A stretch of 64,000 nucleotides of DNA from an uncultured Myxococcales bacterium (GTDB lineage Bacteria; Myxococcota_A; Bradymonadia; UBA7976; VGTA01), in NCBI GenBank assembly GCA_937146725.1, contig CAKZRU010000142.1, positions 17,726 to 81,725 of the forward strand, written 5' to 3'. Below are positions 9,939 through 20,936 of the stretch, in pieces. The notes beneath the pieces were generated by a model that worked only from the letters and a program-made list of their open reading frames with translations, had not been told where the DNA came from and did no database searches. Each line of letters opens with the position of its first letter. Within the stretch, counting starts at the first letter, position 1. The translations under genes and the position numbers were made by a program.

Positions 9939-10846
9939 TGACATCAGAAACACAGACCATTGAGGGACATCTAATTAAACTTAAAGCTCAAATCCCAGAT
10001 ATGCTCGCCAACGATGATTTTATTCAGCCAAAGACAGAACAGGCTAACTTAAGTGCTGATGTTCATTACCATTTGAGGCTGATTCATTCACCAAGTAGCG
10101 AACAAGCACCGTATGAAGCAAGCAGTATCAAAGAAGAGCGATCACTGAATGACCTCATTGGCCAAAAGATCTCTATTCAGTTCTTAAAGGCAATTCATTG
10201 TTTGTATTGTGGAAAGAAGATCAAGAAAACATACAGTGATGGTTATTGCTATCCCTGTTTTATTGAACAACCCTCTGCGGCTGAATGTATTATTCGACCC
10301 GCCTTATGCCAAGCTCATGAGGGGGGAGGAAGAGATCCTGAATGGGAGCTTGCTAATCATTTACAGCCTCACTATGTTTATTTCGCTCTTTCAAGCAAGA
10401 TTAAAGTGGGTGTCACTCGGGACTGGCCTACCCGTTGGCTTGATCAAGGGGCAGATGCGGTTAAAGTCATTGCAGTCACACCCTATCGTCAATTAGCCGG
10501 ACTGATTGAGCTTGAATTAGCTGAGCATTACTCGGATAAATTGTCTTGGCAGGCAATGTTGAAAGGTCAAGTGCTAGAAGACTGTGATCTGCATAAGGAA
10601 GCCCTTCACTGTAAAAACTTACTTTCTGAGTCTTTGACACAGTATCTCAGCCCACAATCCACCTGCTTACAGCTAAACTATCCGATCAAACAACATCCCG
10701 CTAAAGTGAAAAGCATAAAGCTAGATAAGCAGGAACTGATGACCGGTACTTTGATGGGTGTTAAAGGCCAATATCTTATTTTTGATGAGCAAAGGGTGAT
10801 CAATATCAGAGCCCATAGTGGGTATCAAGTACGTATTAGTTACTAA
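9935..10846 (+). CDS. DUF2797 family protein (Cys-cluster, putative Zn-binding)
   Basis: CLYCG, GYCYPCF, CIIRPALC, HYVY, KVGVTR, TRWLDQGA and GVKGQYLIFD motifs. Confidence 0.85.
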   Translation: MMTSETQTIEGHLIKLKAQIPDMLANDDFIQPKTEQANLSADVHYHLRLIHSPSSEQAPYEASSIKEERSLNDLIGQKISIQFLKAIHCLYCGKKIKKTYSDGYCYPCFIEQPSAAECIIRPALCQAHEGGGRDPEWELANHLQPHYVYFALSSKIKVGVTRDWPTRWLDQGADAVKVIAVTPYRQLAGLIELELAEHYSDKLSWQAMLKGQVLEDCDLHKEALHCKNLLSESLTQYLSPQSTCLQLNYPIKQHPAKVKSIKLDKQELMTGTLMGVKGQYLIFDEQRVINIRAHSGYQVRISY

Positions 10847-10963
10847 TCAACCATATCAAAACTTACTTTGATCTCGGCTAAAATGAAACCTTGAGGTATC
10901 TTAAAAGATCGCTTTGTTAAGATTTAATCATTTTAACATTTATTTAAAGGTTTTACTTAGACG

Positions 10964-11347
10964 ATGATCAAACAATACTTGAGCTCCCTTGTTGTTTTTA
11001 CTCTCATTGATGGACTTTGGCTCGGCTTTGTTGCGCCTAAGTTTTACAAGGCCCATATTGGACATCTTATGAAGCCACAAGCTGACTTTGTTGCAGCAGG
11101 TTTATTTTATCTATTATTCTTGATCGGCCTAAATGTATTTGTGATTGCTCCAAAGTTTGACCAACCCTTACTGACAGTAGGACTTTACGGTGCATTTTTT
11201 GGTTTGATTACCTATGCAACCTTTGACCTTACCTCATTGGCAGTCTTTAAAGACTTTCCATATTTAGTAGCTGGTGTTGATATGCTGTGGGGCGCTATTT
11301 TATGTGCTTCAATTTCGGTTTTAACCGTTTGGTTTAACCGAGCTTAA
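10964..11347 (+). CDS. DUF2177 family small membrane protein
   Basis: IDGLWLG, FY, GAFFGLITYATFDLT and VDMLWG pattern. Confidence 0.85.
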   Translation: MIKQYLSSLVVFTLIDGLWLGFVAPKFYKAHIGHLMKPQADFVAAGLFYLLFLIGLNVFVIAPKFDQPLLTVGLYGAFFGLITYATFDLTSLAVFKDFPYLVAGVDMLWGAILCASISVLTVWFNRA

Positions 11348-11392
11348 TTCACACACTGCCCTTTCAAGGATTGAAGTTCATTTAGCCATGTA

Positions 11393-12394
11393 CTAGCTAC
11401 CCATTTGCTGGAACCATAAAAGCCATAAAGCAATCAGTAGACACACAAAAGCTAAAACAAGACGGAATGGAACTAACGGTTCAACTTTACCGCCATCAAA
11501 CTCATTGACCCAAGAGCTCACTTGTGGGTAGCCCGGTTGAGTCAAATCAATTCGAGCCGCCAAGGAGTCGAGTTCTCTGATACAGGCCTCATTTCGTCGA
11601 CGTTGTAGCGAGCGCTTGTAACGATCATAAAGCTTGCGCCAACCTCTTGCATCAGGGTCGGGAGGATCTATCCCACGACTATCTAATTGCTCGGCAATTT
11701 CCCCAATTACACCTCGCATCAGAGTCACGGGATGTAAAGGAATTGGATTTTTACCTTTTAGTCCCAAAACGGTTGGTAAGATATCAAGCGAGAGCTTGTA
11801 AATCGCCGGATTATGAGCTTGTGGGATTTTATGGAGCTTTAAGGCCTGAATAAAGCTGAGTTCTTCATCGCTCATCCAACTGATATACATATTGATTTCA
11901 CGGTCAAAAAGCTTAAGTAAAGCGGGGATCTTACTCGCTTCTGGTAATGGGCATTGGGGATCTTGTAAATCATACCCTTTACGTGCCATCAAAATGGCGA
12001 TAACTACTTGTTTTTGCACTACAAAACGTACAATACGTCCTGAGTTTGTTCGCTCTACATAACGGGCTAAATGCTTTAAGCGACCTTCCGCCCATGGCTT
12101 AAATAACTTGGGTGAATGCTGTTCGGGTCTGGGTAGAACGATCACGACTCGTTCAAACAGCTCTTTATTATCGCTCTCAACCTTTAACCAAGCCCCATGG
12201 CTATGAATGGACCAAGTTTGATCTTTGAGCGTTTTTTCACCAAGAAGCTTTAAAAGCTTTTCAGATTTATCGCCAATATATCTTTGAACGTGAGTGCCAT
12301 CAGGACGTTGAGATTGATAATAGCTCAACATGAATGGTAGGTGTGTATTGACTTGTGACAAGAGCACCTCGAGTTCAGGTTGATGAGTGAGCAA
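11393..12394 (-). CDS. Hypothetical protein with a C-terminal transmembrane anchor
   Basis: 333-aa ORF filling the gap between convergent and divergent neighbours; C-terminal hydrophobic helix; start uncertain. Confidence 0.7.
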   Translation of the reverse strand: MLTHQPELEVLLSQVNTHLPFMLSYYQSQRPDGTHVQRYIGDKSEKLLKLLGEKTLKDQTWSIHSHGAWLKVESDNKELFERVVIVLPRPEQHSPKLFKPWAEGRLKHLARYVERTNSGRIVRFVVQKQVVIAILMARKGYDLQDPQCPLPEASKIPALLKLFDREINMYISWMSDEELSFIQALKLHKIPQAHNPAIYKLSLDILPTVLGLKGKNPIPLHPVTLMRGVIGEIAEQLDSRGIDPPDPDARGWRKLYDRYKRSLQRRRNEACIRELDSLAARIDLTQPGYPQVSSWVNEFDGGKVEPLVPFRLVLAFVCLLIALWLLWFQQMGS

Positions 12395-12679
12395 AATAGA
12401 TAAAAATATGTATGAGTCTTAAACTCAACTATTGTGCTTAACAAAGTCTGCAAAGAAAAGGTAGTCCAAAGCGCATAACGATCAAGATTACTATCAAAAC
12501 GACTATGAAAGAATGTTCTATTTGTACTCTATTGTTATCATCGCTCAGTCGTACAGACATCAAAATTAAAGCGGAATGAATCATATTTGTTAAGCCTAAG
12601 CAAGAGTTGTTGAGGAACGAAGCGGGAATTGCTAAAAGTCTGTTTGGATTTGAGCTTTCTGAGCAGTAAAGGAGCTGAT

Positions 12680-13867
12680 ATGTCAGAACACAATCATCAT
12701 GATGCAACTCTTTGGGGAGCAAGTACAACTTGCGTTCACGCAGGCGTAGCCCCCGATCCGGTACACGGGGCAATTATGACCCCTATTTTTCAGACATCTA
12801 CCTATGTCCAACCGGCACCAGGCCAACCTATTTCTTATGACTACTCACGAGGCGGCAATCCTACGCGTGAAGCACTTGAAGGCTCATTAGCAGGGATTGA
12901 AGGGGCCAAGCATGCGATTTCCTTTGGGTCAGGATTAGCAGCTGTACAAGCGGTAGTACAGTTAGCTCGGCCGGGTGACCATGTCTTGGTATGTGATGAT
13001 GTCTATGGGGGAACCGGTCGTTTATTTAGACGCTTATATGCCGATTATGGCATTGAGTTTGAGTTTAAGGATCTTGCCGGTACTCAAGATGAGATCAAAG
13101 CGGCGATTAAGCCAAATACTCGCTTTGTTTGGATTGAGTCACCCACCAATCCCTTACTTAAAGTCCTCGATATTGAAATGATTGCTGACGTCGCTCATCA
13201 AGCGGGCGCAAAGCTAATTGTTGATAATACTTTTGCCTCACCGATCTTCCAGTCTCCACTCAAGCTTGGTGCCGATATTGTTATGCATAGCCTCACCAAA
13301 TATATTGGTGGACATAGCGATATTATTGGTGGTGCTCTCATGCTTAACGATGATGAATTAGAAGAAAAACTCCGCTTTATTCAGTTTGCAGCTGGCGCTG
13401 TGAATGCACCGCTAGACTGCTTCCTACTCTTGCGCTCAATTAAGACTTTGGCGATCCGTATGGAAGCTCACCAACGCAATGCCTTTAAAGTGGCTGAAGC
13501 CTTACAAAGTATGGAGCAGTTTAATGAGGTGATTTATCCGGGATTAAGCAAGCATCCTCAGTATGATATTGCCAAAAAACAAATGAGTGGCTTTTCAGGA
13601 ATGGTAAGTGTTCGTCTTAATGGTGATTTTCAGCAAGTGACTCGCTTTATGCAAAGTCTTAAAGTATTCTCTCTAGCCGAAAGTCTTGGGGGCGTGGAGT
13701 CTTTAGCAAATCACCCAGAAACGATGACCCATGCTTCCGTTCCTCCTGCGTTAAGAGAACAACTAGGAATTAGTGCGAACTTAGTAAGATTATCGGTTGG
13801 TATCGAGAATGCTCAAGACCTAATCGATGACCTTAAGCAGGCGGCTAGCTTTGCCTTAAAGTCTTAA
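12680..13867 (+). CDS. Cystathionine gamma-synthase/gamma-lyase family PLP enzyme
   Basis: PIFQTSTY, YSRGGNPTR, ESPTNP, VDNTF, HSLTKYIGGHSD and AESLGGVESL motifs; ATG 12680 follows AAGGAG. Confidence 0.93.
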   Translation: MSEHNHHDATLWGASTTCVHAGVAPDPVHGAIMTPIFQTSTYVQPAPGQPISYDYSRGGNPTREALEGSLAGIEGAKHAISFGSGLAAVQAVVQLARPGDHVLVCDDVYGGTGRLFRRLYADYGIEFEFKDLAGTQDEIKAAIKPNTRFVWIESPTNPLLKVLDIEMIADVAHQAGAKLIVDNTFASPIFQSPLKLGADIVMHSLTKYIGGHSDIIGGALMLNDDELEEKLRFIQFAAGAVNAPLDCFLLLRSIKTLAIRMEAHQRNAFKVAEALQSMEQFNEVIYPGLSKHPQYDIAKKQMSGFSGMVSVRLNGDFQQVTRFMQSLKVFSLAESLGGVESLANHPETMTHASVPPALREQLGISANLVRLSVGIENAQDLIDDLKQAASFALKS

Positions 13868-13930
13868 TTTAAAGTCTTAAGGATCTGAACCTAAAACCCT
13901 TATAAAACCCTTAGCAAGAAAGCGATCACA

Positions 13931-15469
13931 GTGCTTGTTTGTCCTGCTCACTCTGTAAACCTCTTAGACCTGAGCTTAGGTACGACTCGTTTTAAACGAT
14001 TTCGACATTTTAAAAGCATCTGTTTAATGAGTGTAATCTTACTTACCCTCATCGTTCACTGCCTGTGTACTTGTTTAATCGGCACTTGCTTGGCAAGTCC
14101 TTTTGAACTGTATGGTGTGGGTTCAAAGGGCTCTGCTTTAGCAAATACGGGTAGTGCTTCGGCGAGTGATTATAGTGCGGTCTATTATAATCCGGCCGCT
14201 TTACTGAATTCAAAGTCATCACTAGGCATGGGTTTATCATATACCTTTAAGGATCTTGAAGTTAAATTAAGCCCTAGACCAATGGGTTATAATATTCCTG
14301 ATCTTGGTGCTTCTTCTCCGGCTGTTCCAAGTGCTTTTGAACTTAGAACACGGAGTGGTCAAACACAAGCTACCCATAGTTTTACTATGATTACCGGTTT
14401 ATCTAGCAACTTGGGCACTCAAAACCTAAGGGTTGGCTTTTTACTATCTTTGCCGGTTTATCACAGTATTGATAGCTATCCAAGTCGCTTTGCAGATGAG
14501 CGAGAACGCTTATTTAGTAATCAAGTGAGTTTTAGCTTATTGGGTGGACGAGTTGAACATTTTGTTGCTCAAGTGGCGGCCGCCTATCAACTTGGAGACT
14601 GGCTGGCAGTTGGTATTGGGGCAAGTGTTGCCCCCGAAGCTTTTACCCGTAATTTTATTTATATGAATGATGCAGCTCGTCAAGATGAGGTCGACTTAAA
14701 TATCGGCTTACAAACCTCTACTCGTTGGCGCTTAAATGCTGGCTTACTTGTGACACCAAATCAAAGATTTAAACTCGGAATGAACTACCGAGATGAGCAG
14801 TATATGGTGATTAGAGGGTTAAATGAGGTTCAAGTTCGCGGTCTACAAGGCAGTGATAGCTATCCCTTTGAGCAATCGCTTTATATTATTACTGATTACA
14901 GTCCAAGACAGTTTACTTATGCACTGAATTATTTGAGTCAAAATCAAGATCACAGCCTAAGTTTAGATTTGGTGTATACCCTATGGTCAGATTATTTGGA
15001 CGCCCATGGCGAAGAAGTTGACTTCACTGATATTTGGAGCCCTAGACTTGCCTATGAATATCAGATGCTCAACGGACAAGCGGCTCGCTTTGGTATACAG
15101 TGGAGCCCAAGTCCTATTCCAGAGCAAGATGGCCGATCCAATTACGTTGATAACGACCGCTTGGTTTTGAGTGTAGGAAGTGGCCATGAAATTGAGATTC
15201 AAGGGAAAAGCTTGAGCTTGTCTTGGCATATTCAATTTCATGGCTTAGTGGGACGCAGTCATCAGAAAACCCTTAAAACTGATTATGAGTTATGCCAAAG
15301 CGACACCCAAAGCCTATGTGATGAAGTTGATGACAACCTAACCGATCCTAATACGCAAACTCCTTACCCAGAAGCACAAGGCTTGCAAACTGGCAATCCG
15401 GGCTTTCCCGGCTATTCACATGGCGGTCTCATTATCCAAACCGGAGTAGAAGTCACATGGCGTTTTTAA
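13931..15469 (+). CDS. OmpP1/FadL/TodX family outer-membrane channel
   Basis: N-terminal hatch G-x-G-S-x-G-S-A-L-A...DYSAVYYNPAAL; amphipathic strands; C-terminal WRF; true start may be ATG 14027. Confidence 0.85.
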   Translation: MLVCPAHSVNLLDLSLGTTRFKRFRHFKSICLMSVILLTLIVHCLCTCLIGTCLASPFELYGVGSKGSALANTGSASASDYSAVYYNPAALLNSKSSLGMGLSYTFKDLEVKLSPRPMGYNIPDLGASSPAVPSAFELRTRSGQTQATHSFTMITGLSSNLGTQNLRVGFLLSLPVYHSIDSYPSRFADERERLFSNQVSFSLLGGRVEHFVAQVAAAYQLGDWLAVGIGASVAPEAFTRNFIYMNDAARQDEVDLNIGLQTSTRWRLNAGLLVTPNQRFKLGMNYRDEQYMVIRGLNEVQVRGLQGSDSYPFEQSLYIITDYSPRQFTYALNYLSQNQDHSLSLDLVYTLWSDYLDAHGEEVDFTDIWSPRLAYEYQMLNGQAARFGIQWSPSPIPEQDGRSNYVDNDRLVLSVGSGHEIEIQGKSLSLSWHIQFHGLVGRSHQKTLKTDYELCQSDTQSLCDEVDDNLTDPNTQTPYPEAQGLQTGNPGFPGYSHGGLIIQTGVEVTWRF

Positions 15470-16431
15470 CTAGAGATCTTTTAATAAAAAAGTATGGAGA
15501 CCTATCAAAAAGAGTAAACTTGAGTCTTTATATACTCTTTTACCTTCTTATTATCGGTCACTCGGCTTGTGAAGCCCCTCCTGTTCCACAAGGGTACTTT
15601 CAAACACAGAGTGTAGACGAAATAGAAGCAGGAACACAGCTCGCTGAAAGTGCGGGCGATACTCCAAATATGAGCCGCTACCTAGAAAGCCTAGATGGGT
15701 ATTGGCTACACTACAGTCAAGTGTCTACCTGTGTGGATATTGGAAGCTCTTTGGAGCAGATCAATCGCTCTTTATACTTAGTTAAGGTCATACAAAGTGA
15801 TCACGGAGGCCTAGAGGAAACGTGGGAAGCCTGCCAAATTGATTTAACTCCGGTTATCAGCGTACAGGCAAGAGTCCCCGATGCCCTTAGGCAAAGTGTA
15901 TACCCTTTGACCACTCAGCAGGGCATACTTGTTGGTACTCCGCCAAAGCCGTCTTATAGCTCCGGACCGATGGCTGAAATATGGGGTATTCGTTTTGAAC
16001 AAAACTTACTTGATCCCATGCCCACCGAGCCTGATGATGAAAGAATCTTTGATATGGATAATGATGGGGAAATAGGAGTCACTTTGTATATTGGCGATAC
16101 TTGTTTAGCATATATGACACAAAGAAGAGTGAGCCATTACCAAGGAGAAATGGTTGCACCCGATGAAATTCAAGGCCAAGCTTTATCGGTCACAGAACAA
16201 TACATCATTGACGCTTCTGCACCGATTTGTAAAACAGCCTATCAAACTCGTTCCAACCCACAGCGAAGCCACTTTAACCGTATTAGAGTGGATGGGCTTG
16301 GTGGTGCCTTAGACTTTGATCAAAACCAAGATGGAAACATTGATTGTGAAGAAGTTCTCAGCCAAAGACAGCGTCTTTTTCCTAGCCGTTTACAAGTGAT
16401 GGAAGTTGATCACGAGGCCTGTTCTCTATAA
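15457..16431 (+). CDS. Hypothetical Cys-containing lipoprotein with DxDxDG Ca-binding-like motifs
   Basis: Lipobox HSAC; DMDNDGE and DQNQDGNIDC; overlaps the end of the FadL-like gene. Confidence 0.75.
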   Translation: MAFLTRDLLIKKYGDLSKRVNLSLYILFYLLIIGHSACEAPPVPQGYFQTQSVDEIEAGTQLAESAGDTPNMSRYLESLDGYWLHYSQVSTCVDIGSSLEQINRSLYLVKVIQSDHGGLEETWEACQIDLTPVISVQARVPDALRQSVYPLTTQQGILVGTPPKPSYSSGPMAEIWGIRFEQNLLDPMPTEPDDERIFDMDNDGEIGVTLYIGDTCLAYMTQRRVSHYQGEMVAPDEIQGQALSVTEQYIIDASAPICKTAYQTRSNPQRSHFNRIRVDGLGGALDFDQNQDGNIDCEEVLSQRQRLFPSRLQVMEVDHEACSL

Positions 16432-16474
16432 AAAAACATTCGCAGTCCATTTTCATATAAATCTCCTGCTGAGA

Positions 16475-18649
16475 CTACTGCTTTAACCAAGCATCAATGT
16501 CAATTAGCAAGCCACAGTATGCGAGCCAGCGATTCATTTCTATCGTTTGTGGACTTGCTAAAGGTTTGGCACATTCAGTACTGAGCTTCACTTGCTCAAA
16601 TTGCCATCCTAAAGATAATTCGGGCCACCATTCATGCGTATCTATTGCATAACTCAAACGGGCTTCAAGACTAAACTCATGCTTTTGAGATCTTTTGGTA
16701 AGAGCACCAGATCCACTGATTAATAATCTAGTCTTGAGAGAGCTAGTATTCAACGGTAGCTTGCTTGTTCCTTGATTTGCTTGAGTAAGTTGATCTTGGT
16801 TTGGCTCTTTTACAAGCAAAGCCTCAACTTGATAAATAAAGTCTTGCGGAATCTTTTTTTGCTCAGGCTTTACACTAGACTTTTCACTACGTTTTTCACT
16901 TTCTCGTTGTTGGGCGAGTTGAGTAAAACGTTGCTTTAAAAAGTTCTGCTTTGGCAGCTTAATTAAAGCACTGCCTAAAGGGCCCCAAGCTAAAGACAGA
17001 ACTTGATGAACAGCATTGATCTGATGATGAGACTTATGCCAGCTCGGCTGTCCTTTTTGGTAACCATAAGCTAAACTCACATCCTGCCAGTACAGCGCTT
17101 GATTAAGGCTCAACATAGGATTTTGATAGGTATTTGGCCAAAATGAACTGTCTAGCCATTGTTGATCCCATTGATCTCCCAAAAAATACTGCCAACGTGC
17201 TTTTAGTCCGATATTTATACTTGTTTTAGGAACGATGATTTCTTGATAGGAATGACTTAATTGGCCTAATAAATTATAAGCGAAATGGCTTTTGAGCAAC
17301 CATTCACCATGACTCCATTCTAAATCAAATAGACCAAGTATATTTGTGGCTATATTTGTGGTATCAAGGGGGCTTGAGGCATGACCTAAATCTGAGACTC
17401 GCTCCAAACTCAAAGCCTTTTGGTCTAGATAAATAGCACTCAACTTGAGTTTTAGGCTTTTAAACTCGTTATCCAAATCATGAAAAATCTGTCGATAGTT
17501 CAATCCTAACTCACCCCAAAGATTTCTATAAGTAGGAGCTGTAAGAAAAGTATCGATCGGCTTGGTTAAGTTTTGTGCTAGATTTTGTGCCAGCGTAAAA
17601 CTCAGTCCAAAATAATGACTTCTTTGCATGCCCTTGCCTCTTACAAATGTACTCAAAGGTTGAAAAAGTTCAAGGCCATCAAGACGACGTATTCTAGCAC
17701 CGCTTTGTCTGATGAAACGGCCTACTTTTGCTTGTCCTGTTTCTAGTTTTTTAGTCTTTTGCTCTGCTTTCGAATGAGTCCTTTGACGGTTTTTTTGTTT
17801 TGAGTACCCACCCACCAATGATGGCCAACCAAAGCTCACATAGAGTTCTTGTACCCATAATTCAAAACGTTGGGTAGTTGGGTCTTGCATATGTGTCTTT
17901 TGGCTAGGCTCAAAAAGGTCTCTTAGGCCTTGAATATCAACATACAGATCGAGTTGATCATGAGGCAAGTGATGATAACGTATACTTTGCCGATTGATCA
18001 GTTTTTGCTGATTCAACTGCGGATGATAAACCGATTGAGGTTTAGCCGTGATAACTGTCTCATTTGTTAGCTTTAAATGGTCTAAATCTTGTTTTGATTG
18101 CTTTGAGCTTGAACCCTTTAGACTCTCCAAGTTTTTGCTTTTATTGTTAATTCTAATGTTTGGTTTAAAGCTGGTCTCTAACTGATTGATCTCTACTTTG
18201 AGATCTTCTTGATTTGGTACCCAGATCACTTGTGACCAAATTGGAAACCTAAACATTCTATTCGGCTTCCAATTTAACTCACTCGGACTTGTTCTATATA
18301 ATTCAAATAAGTGCAGACCAAAGGGTAAACAAAAGGGTTTAAGCGGAATAAAACCATATCTTACTCCATCCACCCACAGCACAGTTCCATAATCTTTATT
18401 GTCAATTTCTATTAATGATTCTTCAGCATAACAGACTGCTTGTGATTGTTGCTTTGACTTTTCTGTAGTGCGTACGCTCTCAACACTTGACTGAGCTTGA
18501 ACAAAACTCGATAAACCTAATAAGAGTAAAATAGGTAATACCAAAAAGAACACAAAGCTAGTACAAGAACTTAAGCGTACATAATTATTGATATAATTTT
18601 TACAAGCCTGGTGATTATCTTCTTGATTAAAGCACATTAAAGACCACAT
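16475..18649 (-). CDS. Large exported hypothetical protein with an N-terminal PEGA-like domain
   Basis: Signal/TM segment; GTVLWVDGVRYGFIPLKPFCLPFGLHLFEL resembles PEGA; the rest is unassigned. Confidence 0.65.
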   Translation of the reverse strand: MWSLMCFNQEDNHQACKNYINNYVRLSSCTSFVFFLVLPILLLLGLSSFVQAQSSVESVRTTEKSKQQSQAVCYAEESLIEIDNKDYGTVLWVDGVRYGFIPLKPFCLPFGLHLFELYRTSPSELNWKPNRMFRFPIWSQVIWVPNQEDLKVEINQLETSFKPNIRINNKSKNLESLKGSSSKQSKQDLDHLKLTNETVITAKPQSVYHPQLNQQKLINRQSIRYHHLPHDQLDLYVDIQGLRDLFEPSQKTHMQDPTTQRFELWVQELYVSFGWPSLVGGYSKQKNRQRTHSKAEQKTKKLETGQAKVGRFIRQSGARIRRLDGLELFQPLSTFVRGKGMQRSHYFGLSFTLAQNLAQNLTKPIDTFLTAPTYRNLWGELGLNYRQIFHDLDNEFKSLKLKLSAIYLDQKALSLERVSDLGHASSPLDTTNIATNILGLFDLEWSHGEWLLKSHFAYNLLGQLSHSYQEIIVPKTSINIGLKARWQYFLGDQWDQQWLDSSFWPNTYQNPMLSLNQALYWQDVSLAYGYQKGQPSWHKSHHQINAVHQVLSLAWGPLGSALIKLPKQNFLKQRFTQLAQQRESEKRSEKSSVKPEQKKIPQDFIYQVEALLVKEPNQDQLTQANQGTSKLPLNTSSLKTRLLISGSGALTKRSQKHEFSLEARLSYAIDTHEWWPELSLGWQFEQVKLSTECAKPLASPQTIEMNRWLAYCGLLIDIDAWLKQ

Positions 18650-18881
18650 TTACGCTGCTTATGAAAGCTCAGATTACTAAAATATTCTGCAAAATTTAAA
18701 CTTCTCTCTTGACGATTGGCCTCTGCTTATATGGAGGATATAGGTCATGAGACTTCCTCATCTATAAATTTAAGTTTTTGTGGAAGAAGTGTTTTCTGAT
18801 CATAAAGTTTTAGCCTCATTGACGATAGTGAAAAGGCGCTGATAAGTCATCTATGATGACCTTAATATTTGGAGAATAAGA

Positions 18882-19985
18882 ATGAGAATTGGTTTACCCA
18901 AAGAGATCAAGAATCATGAGTACCGAGTAGGCATGATCCCAAATCATGTAAGAGCTTTGGTTCAACGTGGGCATCAAGTGCTTGTAGAACGTGGGGCAGG
19001 ACTGGGCAGTGGCTTTATGGACTCATTATATGAGGAAGCCGGTGCACAAATGATCGATACAGCTGCTGAAGTTTGGACCAGCTCTGAAATGATCGTCAAG
19101 GTCAAGGAACCGGTTGCTTCTGAATATGATCTTATTCAAGAGGGGCAATTGATTTATACTTACTTGCATCTTGCCGCCGATCCAACCTTAACTGAGGTTC
19201 TGCTTAAAAAGAAGGTCAGTGGTGTTGCTTATGAGACGATTGAAACTGCTGATGGCCGACTACCTCTTTTAGTACCCATGAGCCAAGTCGCCGGACGTAT
19301 GGCCACTCAGGTCGGTGCTCAATATTTGCAAAAAGCAAACGGTGGTAAAGGTGTTTTACTGGGTGGTGTACCAGGAACGCGTCGTGGCCGAGTTGTCATT
19401 CTTGGCGGTGGCGTTGTGGGTACCCATGCAGCCCAAATTGCAGTCGGTATGGGGGCAGATGTTCGAATTCTTGATATCAATGCCAAACGCTTGGAAGAGC
19501 TTGACTTTATGTTTGGTGGCCGAGTTCAAACCCTTTATAGTGACCCTTACACGATTGCCGAGCAAGCCCAGCAAGCTGACTTATTAATCGGTGCGGTTCT
19601 TATTGCAGGTGCCAAGGCACCTACTTTGGTAAACCGACAGCTTATCAGTCAAATGGAAGCAGGCACAGTTGTTGTAGATGTAGCTGTTGATCAAGGAGGC
19701 TGTATTGAAACCTGCCATGCAACCACCCATGATGCACCTACCTTTGTCGTAGATGATGTGGTGCATTATTGTGTAGCAAATATGCCAGGTGCCGTTTCAC
19801 GTACCAGTACCCTTGCGCTCAACAGTACCACTCGCCCTCACTTACTTGCTCTTGTTGACCATGGAGTTGAGGAAGCTTGCCGTCGAGATCCAGCACTTAT
19901 GCTTGGCTTGAATACCTATCAAGGTCGCTGTACTCACCAAGCGGTCGCTACTTCATTGGGCTATGAATACGCACCTTTGGTTTAA
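18882..19985 (+). CDS. ald: Alanine dehydrogenase
   Basis: [46 protein letters not shown] and ANMPGAV motifs; GGAG RBS. Confidence 0.97.
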   Translation: MRIGLPKEIKNHEYRVGMIPNHVRALVQRGHQVLVERGAGLGSGFMDSLYEEAGAQMIDTAAEVWTSSEMIVKVKEPVASEYDLIQEGQLIYTYLHLAADPTLTEVLLKKKVSGVAYETIETADGRLPLLVPMSQVAGRMATQVGAQYLQKANGGKGVLLGGVPGTRRGRVVILGGGVVGTHAAQIAVGMGADVRILDINAKRLEELDFMFGGRVQTLYSDPYTIAEQAQQADLLIGAVLIAGAKAPTLVNRQLISQMEAGTVVVDVAVDQGGCIETCHATTHDAPTFVVDDVVHYCVANMPGAVSRTSTLALNSTTRPHLLALVDHGVEEACRRDPALMLGLNTYQGRCTHQAVATSLGYEYAPLV

Positions 19986-20026
19986 GCAACCGGCATAAGC
20001 GTCTGCTTGGTCTGCCTAAGGTTTGG

Positions 20027-20911
20027 GTGAGAGTGGTAAGCCGTGTGACTTTATCTATAAGCAACTTCTTAACTTATCTTTTATCCTGCTTTATAACAGG
20101 ACTTATGAGTTGGCCCTCATACGCTGAACCTACTGACTTGCTACATACGCTTAAAGCAAATGATCAAGCAAGCAGAGCTTCTCAGAATCTTTCTTCTCAC
20201 GATCTTCCCAGAAGCTCAGCTTTCTTTGATCAATACTTCAAGTTAAAAGACGCTTGTTTAAAAGACTATGCGTCTTTAACTAACTCCGCTTATCAATCAA
20301 GAAGGCAAAGTCTTTTTGAACCAGAACCAATAGCAAGCCCCAAAGCGGTATCATCAAAAAAAGATCAACGTTTACACCTGACTCAAAACCCTTGGCAACT
20401 TGATATCATGTACCTGCAGGTCTCAGCATCAAAGATTGAACTTACCCGATTTTATCGCCCATCAGTTCCCGCTCAGCAAGTATATCAGCTTCCGGTATGG
20501 CAAACGGGTACCGACTTTGACTACCTGTTGTTTAAACTAAGTAAACTCACAAGAAAGTCCGTTCAGCAACAAGCTGTTCCTCAGTTATTTTTAGGATTTG
20601 AATACTATGTTCTTGATTTAAATCATCTATCAACAGAACAAGACTTTGAGTCAAACATTCCTCTTGCACATCATCAATATGAAAGCCGTTGTATTATCAT
20701 TGAGGTTTTGTCTGAGTTCTTAGGCTCTCCCCTTGGAAAGAATATCAAGCTGAGCACCCATGGACGCAGTCCTAGCTTATTGCAACACGCTGATCACAGC
20801 TTAAAAGCTCAGAGCTTTTACCTGCATGCTGAAAATCTTAAGCAAAGACAAAGTTTTCTCACCTTGAAGCTCAGTACTCCAAAACTTCAAAAAGATCATT
20901 CCTCAAGATAA
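20027..20911 (+). CDS. Hypothetical exported protein
   Basis: Signal-peptide-like N-terminus (SYA/EP); no recognised domain. Confidence 0.6.
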   Translation: MRVVSRVTLSISNFLTYLLSCFITGLMSWPSYAEPTDLLHTLKANDQASRASQNLSSHDLPRSSAFFDQYFKLKDACLKDYASLTNSAYQSRRQSLFEPEPIASPKAVSSKKDQRLHLTQNPWQLDIMYLQVSASKIELTRFYRPSVPAQQVYQLPVWQTGTDFDYLLFKLSKLTRKSVQQQAVPQLFLGFEYYVLDLNHLSTEQDFESNIPLAHHQYESRCIIIEVLSEFLGSPLGKNIKLSTHGRSPSLLQHADHSLKAQSFYLHAENLKQRQSFLTLKLSTPKLQKDHSSR

Positions 20912-20936
20912 AACAGAATCTAAAAAAGAATCGCTG

